Positions 30,662 to 39,952 of a stretch of 64,000 nt of DNA are shown here, in pieces (positions within the stretch are counted from its first letter, which is position 1; each line of letters opens with the position of its first letter). Below the pieces are notes generated by a model, which was not told the DNA's origin, ran no database searches, and worked only from the letters and a program-made list of their open reading frames with translations. Made by a program: the position numbers and the translations under genes. The stretch is taken from positions 64,001 to 128,000 of the forward strand of contig JAEOTO010000032.1 of the NCBI GenBank assembly GCA_016839805.1, written 5' to 3'. This DNA comes from Candidatus Hermodarchaeota archaeon. Lineage in GTDB: Archaea > Asgardarchaeota > Hermodarchaeia > Hermodarchaeales > Hermodarchaeaceae.

Positions 30662-32203
30662 ATGAATAGTGAAATGAAAACAGAATCTCTGGGGACTATC
30701 GTTTGTACTGAAGATGGTCCTTCTACGGAAAAAATCGAGTTTGTTATCGGTAATCGCAATGAGCTATCTACAGAAAAACAAATTCCCATTCACGTTGGGC
30801 AGTATGTCTCCATCAATGCTGAAGAGGGACTAGTTATTGCCCACATCGAACAGATATATAAGACGAACCGATATTTTTCACAGATTGACGCAGTTCACGA
30901 ATTTACGCGATCCGGGAAAGCTTTCGGGGCGATTTTTCCTATTGACCGATGGGAATATGTGCTAGCCGAGGCTAAACCACTTGGCATATTTACCAACGGA
31001 CAAGTCCAAAGGGTTACCTATCCTCCATCACCTGGTGCTATAGTCTCCGCGCCTGATTATAAAATTCTAAGTGAATTCCTTGGCTTTAGTAAAGGAGGAA
31101 TTCATCTGGGACATCTTTTATTCCATGATATCCCAGCAACTTTTAACCTTTCCAAAATGTATCAGAAACATGTTGCACTTCTTGCAATGAGTGGAGCAGG
31201 AAAAAGCTATGCCGCCTCTGTAATGTTAGAAGAACTCTTGTCGAGGAAACCAGCTCAGGGTCGTCCTACAATACTTGTGATAGATGTTCATGGCGAATAC
31301 ACCGGATTAGCAGAATCTCAGGGAACAAAAGGAAAAACCTTCGAAGACCAAATAACTGTCATCCGAAGTCCACTCGTGGAAATAGCAACACCACGAATGA
31401 GCGCAAAGGCTTTCGCCACCTATTCACCGGACATGGGAACAATTCAAGTCCGTGAACTAACGCGCATTATTCGCTCACTACGAACTGCTCGAAAGGGACA
31501 ACCCTATGATATTGGTGACTTAACCATTGCATTAGAACAAGATCCCTCTATTAACGTTCGAACACGTGAAGCTCTATTGGGGTGGTTGGATAATCTCCAA
31601 AGCCTTCGGCTTTTTGGTAAAACTTCAACTCCGGAATGGAGTAAATTAATGAAACCGGGTCAAGCGGTGATTCTTAATTTAAGTGAAACCGTAAGTTTAC
31701 AAAAGAAACAAATCATTGTTGATGCCGTTCTTCGCCACTTATTCGATTTGAGACGAGATGGAATTATTCCCCCAGCTATTGTGTTTCTCGAAGAGGCCCA
31801 TCAATTCTGTCCTGAGGCTAGACGTGCACTAGCATTTTCTAAAGGCATTCTTGAGACTGTCGCTCGGGAAGGGCGCAAGTATAATTTATCGCTCTGTATT
31901 ATTTCTCAACGCCCGGTTCGGCTTTCAACAACGGTGTTATCGCAATGTGGTACTAACATATTTCTTCGGATAACTAATCCATATGATTTAGACCATATTC
32001 GGGCAACTTCTGAAAAAATTACCAAAGCAACCCTGACATCAATTTCTAGTCTCACAGTGGGAGAAGCTCTAGTGGTTGGTCAGGCCACAAGGTTTCCTGT
32101 ATTTATTCAGGTTCGTGAAAGAGCTACAAAAGAAACGGCGTTTGGTGAAGATTTCGAAACCGTTACGCAGAGATATGACAAGAAAGGGAGAAAGGCTGAC
32201 TGA
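30662..32203 (+). CDS. herA: HerA helicase/translocase
   Basis: HAS-barrel N-terminus, H.ALLAMSGAGKS, ID.HGEY, EEAH.F.P, REGRK, SQRP, SQC.T, GEAL..G. Confidence 0.95.
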   Translation: MNSEMKTESLGTIVCTEDGPSTEKIEFVIGNRNELSTEKQIPIHVGQYVSINAEEGLVIAHIEQIYKTNRYFSQIDAVHEFTRSGKAFGAIFPIDRWEYVLAEAKPLGIFTNGQVQRVTYPPSPGAIVSAPDYKILSEFLGFSKGGIHLGHLLFHDIPATFNLSKMYQKHVALLAMSGAGKSYAASVMLEELLSRKPAQGRPTILVIDVHGEYTGLAESQGTKGKTFEDQITVIRSPLVEIATPRMSAKAFATYSPDMGTIQVRELTRIIRSLRTARKGQPYDIGDLTIALEQDPSINVRTREALLGWLDNLQSLRLFGKTSTPEWSKLMKPGQAVILNLSETVSLQKKQIIVDAVLRHLFDLRRDGIIPPAIVFLEEAHQFCPEARRALAFSKGILETVAREGRKYNLSLCIISQRPVRLSTTVLSQCGTNIFLRITNPYDLDHIRATSEKITKATLTSISSLTVGEALVVGQATRFPVFIQVRERATKETAFGEDFETVTQRYDKKGRKAD

Positions 32204-32219
32204 TAATAACTGGGCAAAA

Positions 32220-32366
32220 TGGTGGGCACGGCGGGATTCAAACCCGCGACCTCCGGCTTACCTAGGCTTCGCAGTTGAATGTTCGGAGCGACACCATATA
32301 AGGCTTACACACTTTGCGTATTAATACGCGAGAGTTCGGCGCTCCATCAGGCTAAGCCACGTGCCC
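32220..32366 (-). tRNA. tRNA-Ile(UAU) with two introns (29/30: 32336-32305; 37/38: 32296-32259); CCA encoded
   Basis: Spliced sequence GGGCACG TG GCTT AGCCTGATG GAGC G CCGGC CT TAT AA GCCGG AGGTC GCGGG TTTGAAT CCCGC CGTGCCC A CCA. Acceptor, anticodon and T stems pair perfectly; D stem has one G-U. Strict BHB at 37/38, relaxed motif at 29/30. Confidence 0.9.
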
Positions 32367-32416
32367 ATTATGAATTGTGTGATGTTTCACAGCAGCTTAA
32401 ATGTGTTGGGTCACTC

Positions 32417-35389
32417 TTAGTCCTCTTGGACGATAAACCCAAATTGAATCTCTTCTTCAGCAAAAGTAAGTTTCCCAGTTGCAAGTCCCTTTAAGATGGG
32501 CAATTTGTCGCCTATTTCAAGTGTCAAGGCACCAACCTTTGAAGTGATACCTTCTCGAGTAGTTTCTATTGCCTGGTGGAGTTCTGATGACTCGATCGCC
32601 AGATACAGGGCGATGCGTTGAGTAACGTGTAATCCCTGTTTTTTTCGGGTCGCTTGTATTCGGCGAATAAGATCACGTGAAAGCCGCTCAGCGCGAAGTT
32701 CAGGGGTTTCACTGATATCAAGGTATACCGTTGCAAAGGGTAACTCTTTACTTCTGAGTAACTCTCCCTTAGCCTTTTTTTGGATCTCTACAAATTTGAC
32801 GTTGGTTTGGCTTGCTACAACATCGCTAAAATGATCGATTTGGAATTCCTTTTTTGAAGGAACAATGATTAAGCGTTGACAAGGCCAACGTAGTTTCAAA
32901 CCTTCCTCTTGGCGAATAAATTGAGTTGTTTCTACGATAGCAGAGACCCACTCCATTTCTTGGCTCAGCTCTGGATCAATCAGTTTTTCGTTGACTTCAG
33001 GCCAAGGAAGCATGTGAACACTTATTGGAGCATCAGGTTCCGCAGAGCGAATGAGTGCTTGATACATTCTTTCTGTTTGAAACGGAAGGACTGGGGCTAG
33101 AACCGCTAAGAGTGTTCTTAGAACGTAGTAAAGTGTAGTAAATGCTTGGATTTTGGTTTCATCATGAGAGCTAACCCATGTTCGTGGTCGAATCAGTTTG
33201 ATATACCATCGACTCAAATCTTGGACGATGAAAGACTCCATTAAGCGTGGTATAAATGGAAGTTCGTATTTCTCCAGTCGTTCAGCCACTTGTTTTATTA
33301 ATAGATGCAACTGGGAGAGAATCCACCGATCCTCATTTTGTAAGGATTGCGGTTTCAACCGATGAGATGTTGGCTCAAATTTTGCGGCTTTCATGAATGT
33401 GGTTGCAAAGACATAAACATTCCAAAGAATTGAGAGAGAACGACGGGTATCTTCGACATCTTTCCAAAGAAAATGCAAGTCTTCGCCTGGACCAGTGCTC
33501 TTTATACAATACATTCGTAGTGTCTCAGCACCAAATTTCTCCACTACTTCTTCAGGAAACACGCCAATGCCTTTTGACTTTGACATTGGTCGACCGTGCT
33601 CATCAGCTGTAAAGCCATGCATATAGACACTTTTGTAAGGTTCTCGGTTATCAGCCAGCATGGTGGAGTTGAAGAGGGTATTAAACCAGTTGCTAATTTG
33701 GTCCTTGCCTTCCATTACAAAGTCAGCTGTTTCCCAATTATCAAAATCCGTAGTTCCGTAGGTTGCCCAGCGAGTAGCCCAGGGAGCAACACCACTATCT
33801 AACCATACATCTAAGACATCAGGAACCCGTTTCATTGTGTTTTTGCATTTCGAACAAGGCCAAGTGATTTTGTCGATCCATGGTCGATGGAGGTTCTCAG
33901 GAACCTTTCCGGATTTCTCTTTTAGTTCATCAATGCTCCCAATAACTTCAATTTCCTCACATTTGTCACATTTCCAGATTGGTAGAGGAGCTCCCCAATA
34001 GCGTTGTCTGGAAATGCACCAGTCCCGAAGATTTTGCACCCAGTTACGGAACCAAGTATGTCCAGCCCAGTCAGGAATCCAGTAGACATCTTCGTTCTTT
34101 TTGATGATTTCTTCGCGTAAATCGCTAACGCGGAGGAACCACTGATCGGTAGCAAGGTATACTAGAGGGCTACCGCATCGCCAGCAGTGAGCGTATTCGT
34201 GTTCAATTGTGTCCTGATGAACTAAGAGGTTCTTTCGGCGTAAATCTTCGAGAATAACTTCACTTGCATCTTGGACCTTCATACCTGCATATTTTCCACC
34301 TTCTTCCGAGAAGGTACCAGCAAACGTGACTGGACAGAAAATGGGAATTCCCTCACGCTCACCTACCTCGAAGTCCTGAGGGCCATGCCCAGGGGCCATG
34401 TGAACAAGTCCAGTTCCTTGCTCTAGTGTTACATATTCATCACTCAGCACAACAGAATGAACTTTCTCAGAGGTTTCTCTGTATTTAGCCTGTCTAGGAA
34501 CCTCGTCTAGCAGGGGATGTTCATAACGAAGCCCCAGAAGCTCCTTTCCTTTGAATTCTTCAATCACTTCGTATTGCTTGTTTAGCAGAGCCTGTAGTAT
34601 TATGTTGGCTAGTCCTTTGGCTAGAATCCATACTTCATCATTAACTTTGACGCGAACGTATTCAAATTCGGGATTTACCATTACTGCCATGTTTGCTGGA
34701 AGTGTCCATGGAGTCGTGGTCCAAATCACAATGAACTCTTTATTTCTCCCAAGGACCGGAAACTTTACCCAAATCGAATAATCTTCAATTGTCTTAAATT
34801 CATGCTCTCGTTTTGCAAGGGCTGTCTCACAACGAACACAACAATCTATAGATCGTAGCCCACGGTAAAGAAATCCTCGTTCAGAGGCGCGTTTCATTAA
34901 ATACCAAGTGCCTTCAATATAGGGATTATCAATCGTGCGATACGGTCTGTCCCAATCCATCCAAATGCCTAAACGTTTGAACTGCTTCGTCATTTGATCT
35001 AAATTCGATAAGGCAAAATTCTGACACTGTTCAATGAATTTATCCACGCCAATCTCTTTTTCAATGTCAAGTTTCGATTTGATGCCTAGAGCCTTTTCTA
35101 CGTGCACCTCAATAGGTAGCCCGTGCATATCAAAACCAGGTGTGTCTACAACACTGAATCCCTGCATCCTCCGAAACCGTAAGACCATGCCCTTCAAAAT
35201 TTTGTTCCAAGCGGTTCCCAAGTGTATGGCACCTGTGGTGTAAGGTGGACCATCTAAAAACTTGAATGAGGGTCGATTTCGAAGTTGCTTTGTCACCAAC
35301 TCATACACTTGATTCTTTTGCCAGAACAGAAGAATCTCTTCTTCCATTGAGGGTAACTCGAATTGCTTCGGAAGTTCTGAAACTGGCAT
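32417..35389 (-). CDS. ileS: Isoleucine--tRNA ligase (archaeal/eukaryote type)
   Basis: DGPPY, HLGT, GFDMHGLP.E, WTTTPWTLP.N, GTGLVH.APGHG, DW.ISRQRYWG, MSKS. Confidence 0.98.
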   Translation of the reverse strand: MPVSELPKQFELPSMEEEILLFWQKNQVYELVTKQLRNRPSFKFLDGPPYTTGAIHLGTAWNKILKGMVLRFRRMQGFSVVDTPGFDMHGLPIEVHVEKALGIKSKLDIEKEIGVDKFIEQCQNFALSNLDQMTKQFKRLGIWMDWDRPYRTIDNPYIEGTWYLMKRASERGFLYRGLRSIDCCVRCETALAKREHEFKTIEDYSIWVKFPVLGRNKEFIVIWTTTPWTLPANMAVMVNPEFEYVRVKVNDEVWILAKGLANIILQALLNKQYEVIEEFKGKELLGLRYEHPLLDEVPRQAKYRETSEKVHSVVLSDEYVTLEQGTGLVHMAPGHGPQDFEVGEREGIPIFCPVTFAGTFSEEGGKYAGMKVQDASEVILEDLRRKNLLVHQDTIEHEYAHCWRCGSPLVYLATDQWFLRVSDLREEIIKKNEDVYWIPDWAGHTWFRNWVQNLRDWCISRQRYWGAPLPIWKCDKCEEIEVIGSIDELKEKSGKVPENLHRPWIDKITWPCSKCKNTMKRVPDVLDVWLDSGVAPWATRWATYGTTDFDNWETADFVMEGKDQISNWFNTLFNSTMLADNREPYKSVYMHGFTADEHGRPMSKSKGIGVFPEEVVEKFGAETLRMYCIKSTGPGEDLHFLWKDVEDTRRSLSILWNVYVFATTFMKAAKFEPTSHRLKPQSLQNEDRWILSQLHLLIKQVAERLEKYELPFIPRLMESFIVQDLSRWYIKLIRPRTWVSSHDETKIQAFTTLYYVLRTLLAVLAPVLPFQTERMYQALIRSAEPDAPISVHMLPWPEVNEKLIDPELSQEMEWVSAIVETTQFIRQEEGLKLRWPCQRLIIVPSKKEFQIDHFSDVVASQTNVKFVEIQKKAKGELLRSKELPFATVYLDISETPELRAERLSRDLIRRIQATRKKQGLHVTQRIALYLAIESSELHQAIETTREGITSKVGALTLEIGDKLPILKGLATGKLTFAEEEIQFGFIVQED

Positions 35390-35576
35390 TGTGAAGACTC
35401 CATCCAAAATTGACTAGCGTGCCCCTACCAACCTTCAACAGCATAAAAAGTCTTGGGCAATAATAATTAACTAGCCAATATTCAAAAAAACAAAGCTAAG
35501 AGCAAAAATGAACGAAAGCTCTATATGGCTTTAAACGTAAGTCAGACAAACCGAGCCCCATGAGGAGAAAGGCTAC

Positions 35577-36092
35577 ATGAGTACACCGCAACGCCAGTAT
35601 GTCCTCAAAGTCTGCGTCGTCGGCGATGGCGCCGTTGGTAAAACCAGTCTTATCATCCGATACACCGAAGGTCACTTCCGGGAGTCGTATATCATGACCG
35701 TGGGAACTAGTTTTGCCGTGAAAGAACTAAATTTTGGTGATACTTTAGTGCGTTTACAGTTGTGGGATCTGGCTGGTCAACCTCACTTTAGTTCTGTGCG
35801 GCCTGTCTTCTATCGGGGAGCAGCTGGTGTGATTTTAGTATTTGATGTTACGCGGCGTCAGACCTTTGAAAATATCCCCGGGTGGTATGATGAAGTTTCA
35901 CAGGTTACCGGGGCGGTTACCTCAGTCTTGTTGGCTAACAAAGTTGATTTGATAGATCAGCGCCAAGTGTCGACGGAGGAGGCTATGGCTTATGCACAAC
36001 AATTGGGGTGGGGTTATTTTGAGACTAGCGCTAAAGAAGGGCATGGCGTTACTGATGCTTTTCGCCAGATTGCCTGGACTGGTGTTAGCTAG
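35577..36092 (+). CDS. Rab-like small GTPase
   Basis: GDGAVGKT, TVG, RLQLWDLAGQ, FYRGA, LVFDVT, NKVDL, ETSAK; no C-terminal Cys tail. Confidence 0.95.
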   Translation: MSTPQRQYVLKVCVVGDGAVGKTSLIIRYTEGHFRESYIMTVGTSFAVKELNFGDTLVRLQLWDLAGQPHFSSVRPVFYRGAAGVILVFDVTRRQTFENIPGWYDEVSQVTGAVTSVLLANKVDLIDQRQVSTEEAMAYAQQLGWGYFETSAKEGHGVTDAFRQIAWTGVS

Positions 36093-36103
36093 CTTAATTT
36101 TCA

Positions 36104-36883
36104 TTAAGCGTCGTTTAGATACTCTGTGAGTTTACGCGAGTTCTTCTGCATAAGAAAGGTTGCACACTGTTGAGGTTTAATTTTCCGATATTCAAGACCG
36201 AGTTGTTCAATTAGAGCGAAGGTTCCTTTGGTGAGACTTGGTGCGACAAGAATGCCCCGCAATTGAGTGGCATCTTCGGTTTGGAAACTTTTAATATAGC
36301 GATAGAGTTGATGGACTGCTTCGCTGTCAGCACGACGGCGTTTAACTTCGATAATGACTAATCGTCCTTTGTCATCACGGGCAAAGATATCGATGAATCC
36401 TGGGGCAACAGGGCGTTCACGTCGTATTGTGCGGAGTCCAGCTTCAATGAGTTCAGGGTGAGCACTAAGAACCTTTTGCATCTCATCTTCGGTTAAATGC
36501 ATACTAAACTCACCAGCGTCATCAATAAGGCTCGCACTAACCATGGAAAGCAGGGAAAATTCAATGCGAACAGTTTCACGCGGTTTTGCACGATTAGCAA
36601 ATAGAATGAGTTTATCCTTCTCTTGCTTAATCTTTAGAGTAGCTCCTGGAGGTTGCCAGTTAACGGGTTCAACTCCACTCTCCTTATGAACTAGGATAGC
36701 TCCATCACGTTTTAAAATTATTAGACGTTCACCCTCCGTTAGTACTGATCTAGCGCGACCATGATACTCGACATAGCAGTTGCCAATAATTTGGATTAAT
36801 CGCTTTTGTGAAATTGCCTTTTCAAGGAGCTGATGAGCTTGCCTTAGGGTTGGTGATTGGAGTAGCCATATTTTCTCATTCAT
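36104..36883 (-). CDS. nucS: Mismatch endonuclease NucS/EndoMS
   Basis: Y.GRA.S.L..G.R, PVNWQP, G.IDI...D..G..V.IEVKR, AV.QL.RY; PIP-like tail KLTEYL; ATG 36883. Confidence 0.95.
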   Translation of the reverse strand: MNEKIWLLQSPTLRQAHQLLEKAISQKRLIQIIGNCYVEYHGRARSVLTEGERLIILKRDGAILVHKESGVEPVNWQPPGATLKIKQEKDKLILFANRAKPRETVRIEFSLLSMVSASLIDDAGEFSMHLTEDEMQKVLSAHPELIEAGLRTIRRERPVAPGFIDIFARDDKGRLVIIEVKRRRADSEAVHQLYRYIKSFQTEDATQLRGILVAPSLTKGTFALIEQLGLEYRKIKPQQCATFLMQKNSRKLTEYLNDA

Positions 36884-36966
36884 TGAGGAGTTAAGATCAG
36901 ACAAAGTATAATCAAATCGAAGACATGCCGTAATTCTAAATAAGTTTTGACTACCAGTAAAGAATT

Positions 36967-37503
36967 GTGTGTAAATTTCGTTTGTATGATGAATCAGCAC
37001 AATCCTATCATCGTCGGTATAGCCAAATTCAACGAATAAAATACCAAGCAATAGTCACATATCTTGAAAGATGTCCTCTTGTAGATGTCGGTATTGGAAC
37101 AGGTATTGGTTTGGCATCGATTATTGAATTCGCTCCAATTGTTGGTGTTGATTGGGCAATCGAAATGTTGCGAATAGCACATAAACAAGTGATAAAAATC
37201 AATGAGTGGAACCAAGCCATATCCTTAGTGTGTGCATCAGCGGAGGCATTACCCTTCCGGAACAACGTTTTTCCAACTGTAGTTAGCATTACGGTAATTC
37301 AAAATTTGAATAATATTCAGCGTGGAATTCAAGAACTAATCCGAATTGTACAGCCCCGAGGAATATTAGCCATAACGACATTAGAAAAGTGTCTGCCCAT
37401 TCAAGAGCTTGAAACAGAGTTTAATCAACTTTCTACTCCAATTGTACGTTTAGAAAATCTTGGAAATGAAGACGGAGGATTAATCTATAAATTACCCAGC
37501 TGA
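36967..37503 (+). CDS. Class I SAM-dependent methyltransferase
   Basis: YD..A..Y..RY...Q..KY, DVGIGTG, GVD....ML, AEALPF. Confidence 0.85.
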   Translation: MCKFRLYDESAQSYHRRYSQIQRIKYQAIVTYLERCPLVDVGIGTGIGLASIIEFAPIVGVDWAIEMLRIAHKQVIKINEWNQAISLVCASAEALPFRNNVFPTVVSITVIQNLNNIQRGIQELIRIVQPRGILAITTLEKCLPIQELETEFNQLSTPIVRLENLGNEDGGLIYKLPS

Positions 37504-37586
37504 AAAAACAGTTTAACTTCCTTTTATCATCTCTATGACCGTTATCTTTATTTGGCATCTCACAGTTAGCAGGATTACTCCCGAGG

Positions 37587-37847
37587 TTGAATACCGTGGA
37601 AAATCAGCCAATTAAAATTCTACAAAAAGCTACCAATAACTTGGTTTTGATCAAACTCAAAGATGGCAAAGAGTACCGAGGTCGATTAAAAGAAATTGAC
37701 ATGTACATGAACCTTGTTTTGGAAGGCGCTGAGGAATTGATGGATGGAAAACCAACAGCGAAATTTGGTGAAGTCCTTATCCGAGGTAATAATATTCTTT
37801 ACATCAAACCGGATTTGACACAGATTATTTGGGAGAATAAGGAATAG
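37587..37847 (+). CDS. Sm-like archaeal protein (SmAP/LSm)
   Basis: LKDG.EY.G.L...D.YMNLVL, VLIRGNNI. Confidence 0.96.
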   Translation: MNTVENQPIKILQKATNNLVLIKLKDGKEYRGRLKEIDMYMNLVLEGAEELMDGKPTAKFGEVLIRGNNILYIKPDLTQIIWENKE

Positions 37848-37876
37848 GTACTGCCCATTAAGGGTCACTTAGGTTT

Positions 37877-39952
37877 TCATCCATTGTTTTCAGAACTTTC
37901 ATTTCGTCGCTCTTGACGGTATTCTTCAATTAAACGTTCAAGCGCATAAGCTGCAGCTTCACGTTCAGAAGATTCATATCTATCCTGCCATTTTGTGATT
38001 TCCTTATCTAGTTGCTCGACATCAACAACGGCAAATTCGTCAACAACAGTGATTTGTAATAATTCTGCATCTATTACGGGTATATGTGCGGCTTTAAACT
38101 GTTTAAGTGCTAGATGAGACATCGTTCCGTGCGTTATTACCAGCTGAACCCCGAATTGAATTAATTGCTCAGCTGTTGAGCGTCCACCTCCGCTTGGATC
38201 CTGGATGTATACGACTTTTCTCCTCTTTCGTGGATATCGATCGCTGAGTCGGCGAAGTTCTTCTTGAGAAAAGTGTGGGAGAACCACAACGGGTTGTACC
38301 TCACCCCGAATTTCTAGTCGCCGCATTAATTTCAAATTTGTTAAGGTGCGTTTCGTACTCTCAAGCGTTTGGTTTTGTTCATGAAGTCTTTTTTCTAATC
38401 TTTGGATTTCAACATCTTTTCGCTGGATTTGTTCATCACGGCGTTGCTCTCGTTGTTCCACATTTAATGCACGATTAAGTTGCTGTTTAATATGCTTCAA
38501 TTCTTGTTTGGTTTTCTTTTGTTCTTCAAGACTTAGATGATGTTGACTCTTTACAAATTCTAGTTGTCTTTGGAGAGATTCCACCTGACGCTGCAAACGG
38601 TCAATCATTCGTTCATATTGTTCAGATGTATAGCCTTCCCCTACAGATTGACTGAGTATCACAGGTTCAATTTTTGCGTCTTTAGGTTCCTTGCTAATTA
38701 TGGATTGCTCGATTGCATCACTAATAGACACACCTTGAAAAACCATCGATACAGCTTTAGAAATCAAATGGAGTTCTTCACTTTTCCGTAAATTCTGGTT
38801 AAGTGACTTCAATTTTTTCCCGTAGGCCTGAAAGACCTTTGTGATCGCCGCGACTGCATCTCGTTGATGGGCATTCCTTGGACTTAGTTCAGAATTTGCG
38901 GTGAATGATTTCGCTAATTCCCTTTTCTCCACTACAGACATCAATCTGTCCGGAACAAATAGGTGAGCTTGTAACGATCTACTAAGCTTTTCGATGAAAC
39001 TTGGAGCAGGAGATACATCAGATGCGATTAGAACCGGTTTCCCAAATTCAACCAGATATCTGATAACATCTCCTCGTGATAAACCTCGCCCGCTATGAAT
39101 TGCCATAAGATGACCCGAAATATCAGAAATTGCTATTCCAACTGTTGTGCCAGCATCAATGCCAACGACTAATAGCCGTCGCGGACCAAGATGCTCTCCA
39201 TTTTCTTCTCTGGGCGAATATAATAGAGAACGACGTTTTACAGGGGATATCCGAACAGCCACACCAGCAATTCGATTCACTTCGGATTGAACTAGTTTAC
39301 TAACGCTATCAACCGCTTTGTATACATGTATTGCACATCTGGACAAACCGTGTGAAGTTCTGGTTTCGTATTCATCGTAATCTATACCCGCTTTAGTTAG
39401 TTTCTCTAAGATTTTTCGAGCAACCTGTTGAATAGCTCCATGCATTCGTCTCTGATAACGAGCTTGAGAATAACCACCAGGTCCAATATTCCTAGCTCTA
39501 GTTATTGTGATTCGGGTTTCATGTGCTAAGGCAGAAACTTCTATTCCAACACCTAAGGCAGCTAATTTCGCTAATACTGTTGCTGTCTCAATCGGTGAAG
39601 GGTGTTTGATTATTTCTATTCCGTGTCTTGTTGCTAGTTTTTTTAGTGATGTCATACCATGGATTGGTGAACCAGTAACTTGGATAACCCGAACTTTTGA
39701 AGAAATCTTTGATAGAAACTCAATCACGCCTTTTTCTGTGGGAGCCAATTCAAGTAGGTTATCAGTTGCAATGATGTCAGGTTCGAGCTTGCGAATAACC
39801 TTTAATAATTCATTTCGTCGGATGGAGCTTTGGGTTTCAAGCACTTCGTCTTGAAAAAGCACCATTGCATAACGAGGGGTTTTTTTAGCGGATGGGGAGC
39901 TTTGAGGAAGAATATCAAAGCTAATTATTTGGGGACCAGAAGTTTTAGTCAT
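37877..39952 (-). CDS. DUF460 family protein (RNase H-like domains + coiled coil)
   Basis: IATDN..EL, IQVTG, GG.SQ.RY.R, VGIDAG.TVG.A, EK, H.RDA, GGG. Confidence 0.9.
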   Translation of the reverse strand: MTKTSGPQIISFDILPQSSPSAKKTPRYAMVLFQDEVLETQSSIRRNELLKVIRKLEPDIIATDNLLELAPTEKGVIEFLSKISSKVRVIQVTGSPIHGMTSLKKLATRHGIEIIKHPSPIETATVLAKLAALGVGIEVSALAHETRITITRARNIGPGGYSQARYQRRMHGAIQQVARKILEKLTKAGIDYDEYETRTSHGLSRCAIHVYKAVDSVSKLVQSEVNRIAGVAVRISPVKRRSLLYSPREENGEHLGPRRLLVVGIDAGTTVGIAISDISGHLMAIHSGRGLSRGDVIRYLVEFGKPVLIASDVSPAPSFIEKLSRSLQAHLFVPDRLMSVVEKRELAKSFTANSELSPRNAHQRDAVAAITKVFQAYGKKLKSLNQNLRKSEELHLISKAVSMVFQGVSISDAIEQSIISKEPKDAKIEPVILSQSVGEGYTSEQYERMIDRLQRQVESLQRQLEFVKSQHHLSLEEQKKTKQELKHIKQQLNRALNVEQREQRRDEQIQRKDVEIQRLEKRLHEQNQTLESTKRTLTNLKLMRRLEIRGEVQPVVVLPHFSQEELRRLSDRYPRKRRKVVYIQDPSGGGRSTAEQLIQFGVQLVITHGTMSHLALKQFKAAHIPVIDAELLQITVVDEFAVVDVEQLDKEITKWQDRYESSEREAAAYALERLIEEYRQERRNESSENNG

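Noticed and set aside
32251-32270. Reading the tRNA as Thr(GGT) with a single intron
   Set aside because: Gives an 8-nt loop or an unpaired anticodon stem and no BHB; the two-intron Ile(UAU) model satisfies all stems and bulges.
32076-32494. ORFs 32076-32324 and 32279-32494
   Set aside because: Antisense shadows of the tRNA gene (WWARRDSNPRP is the classic tRNA reverse-strand translation).
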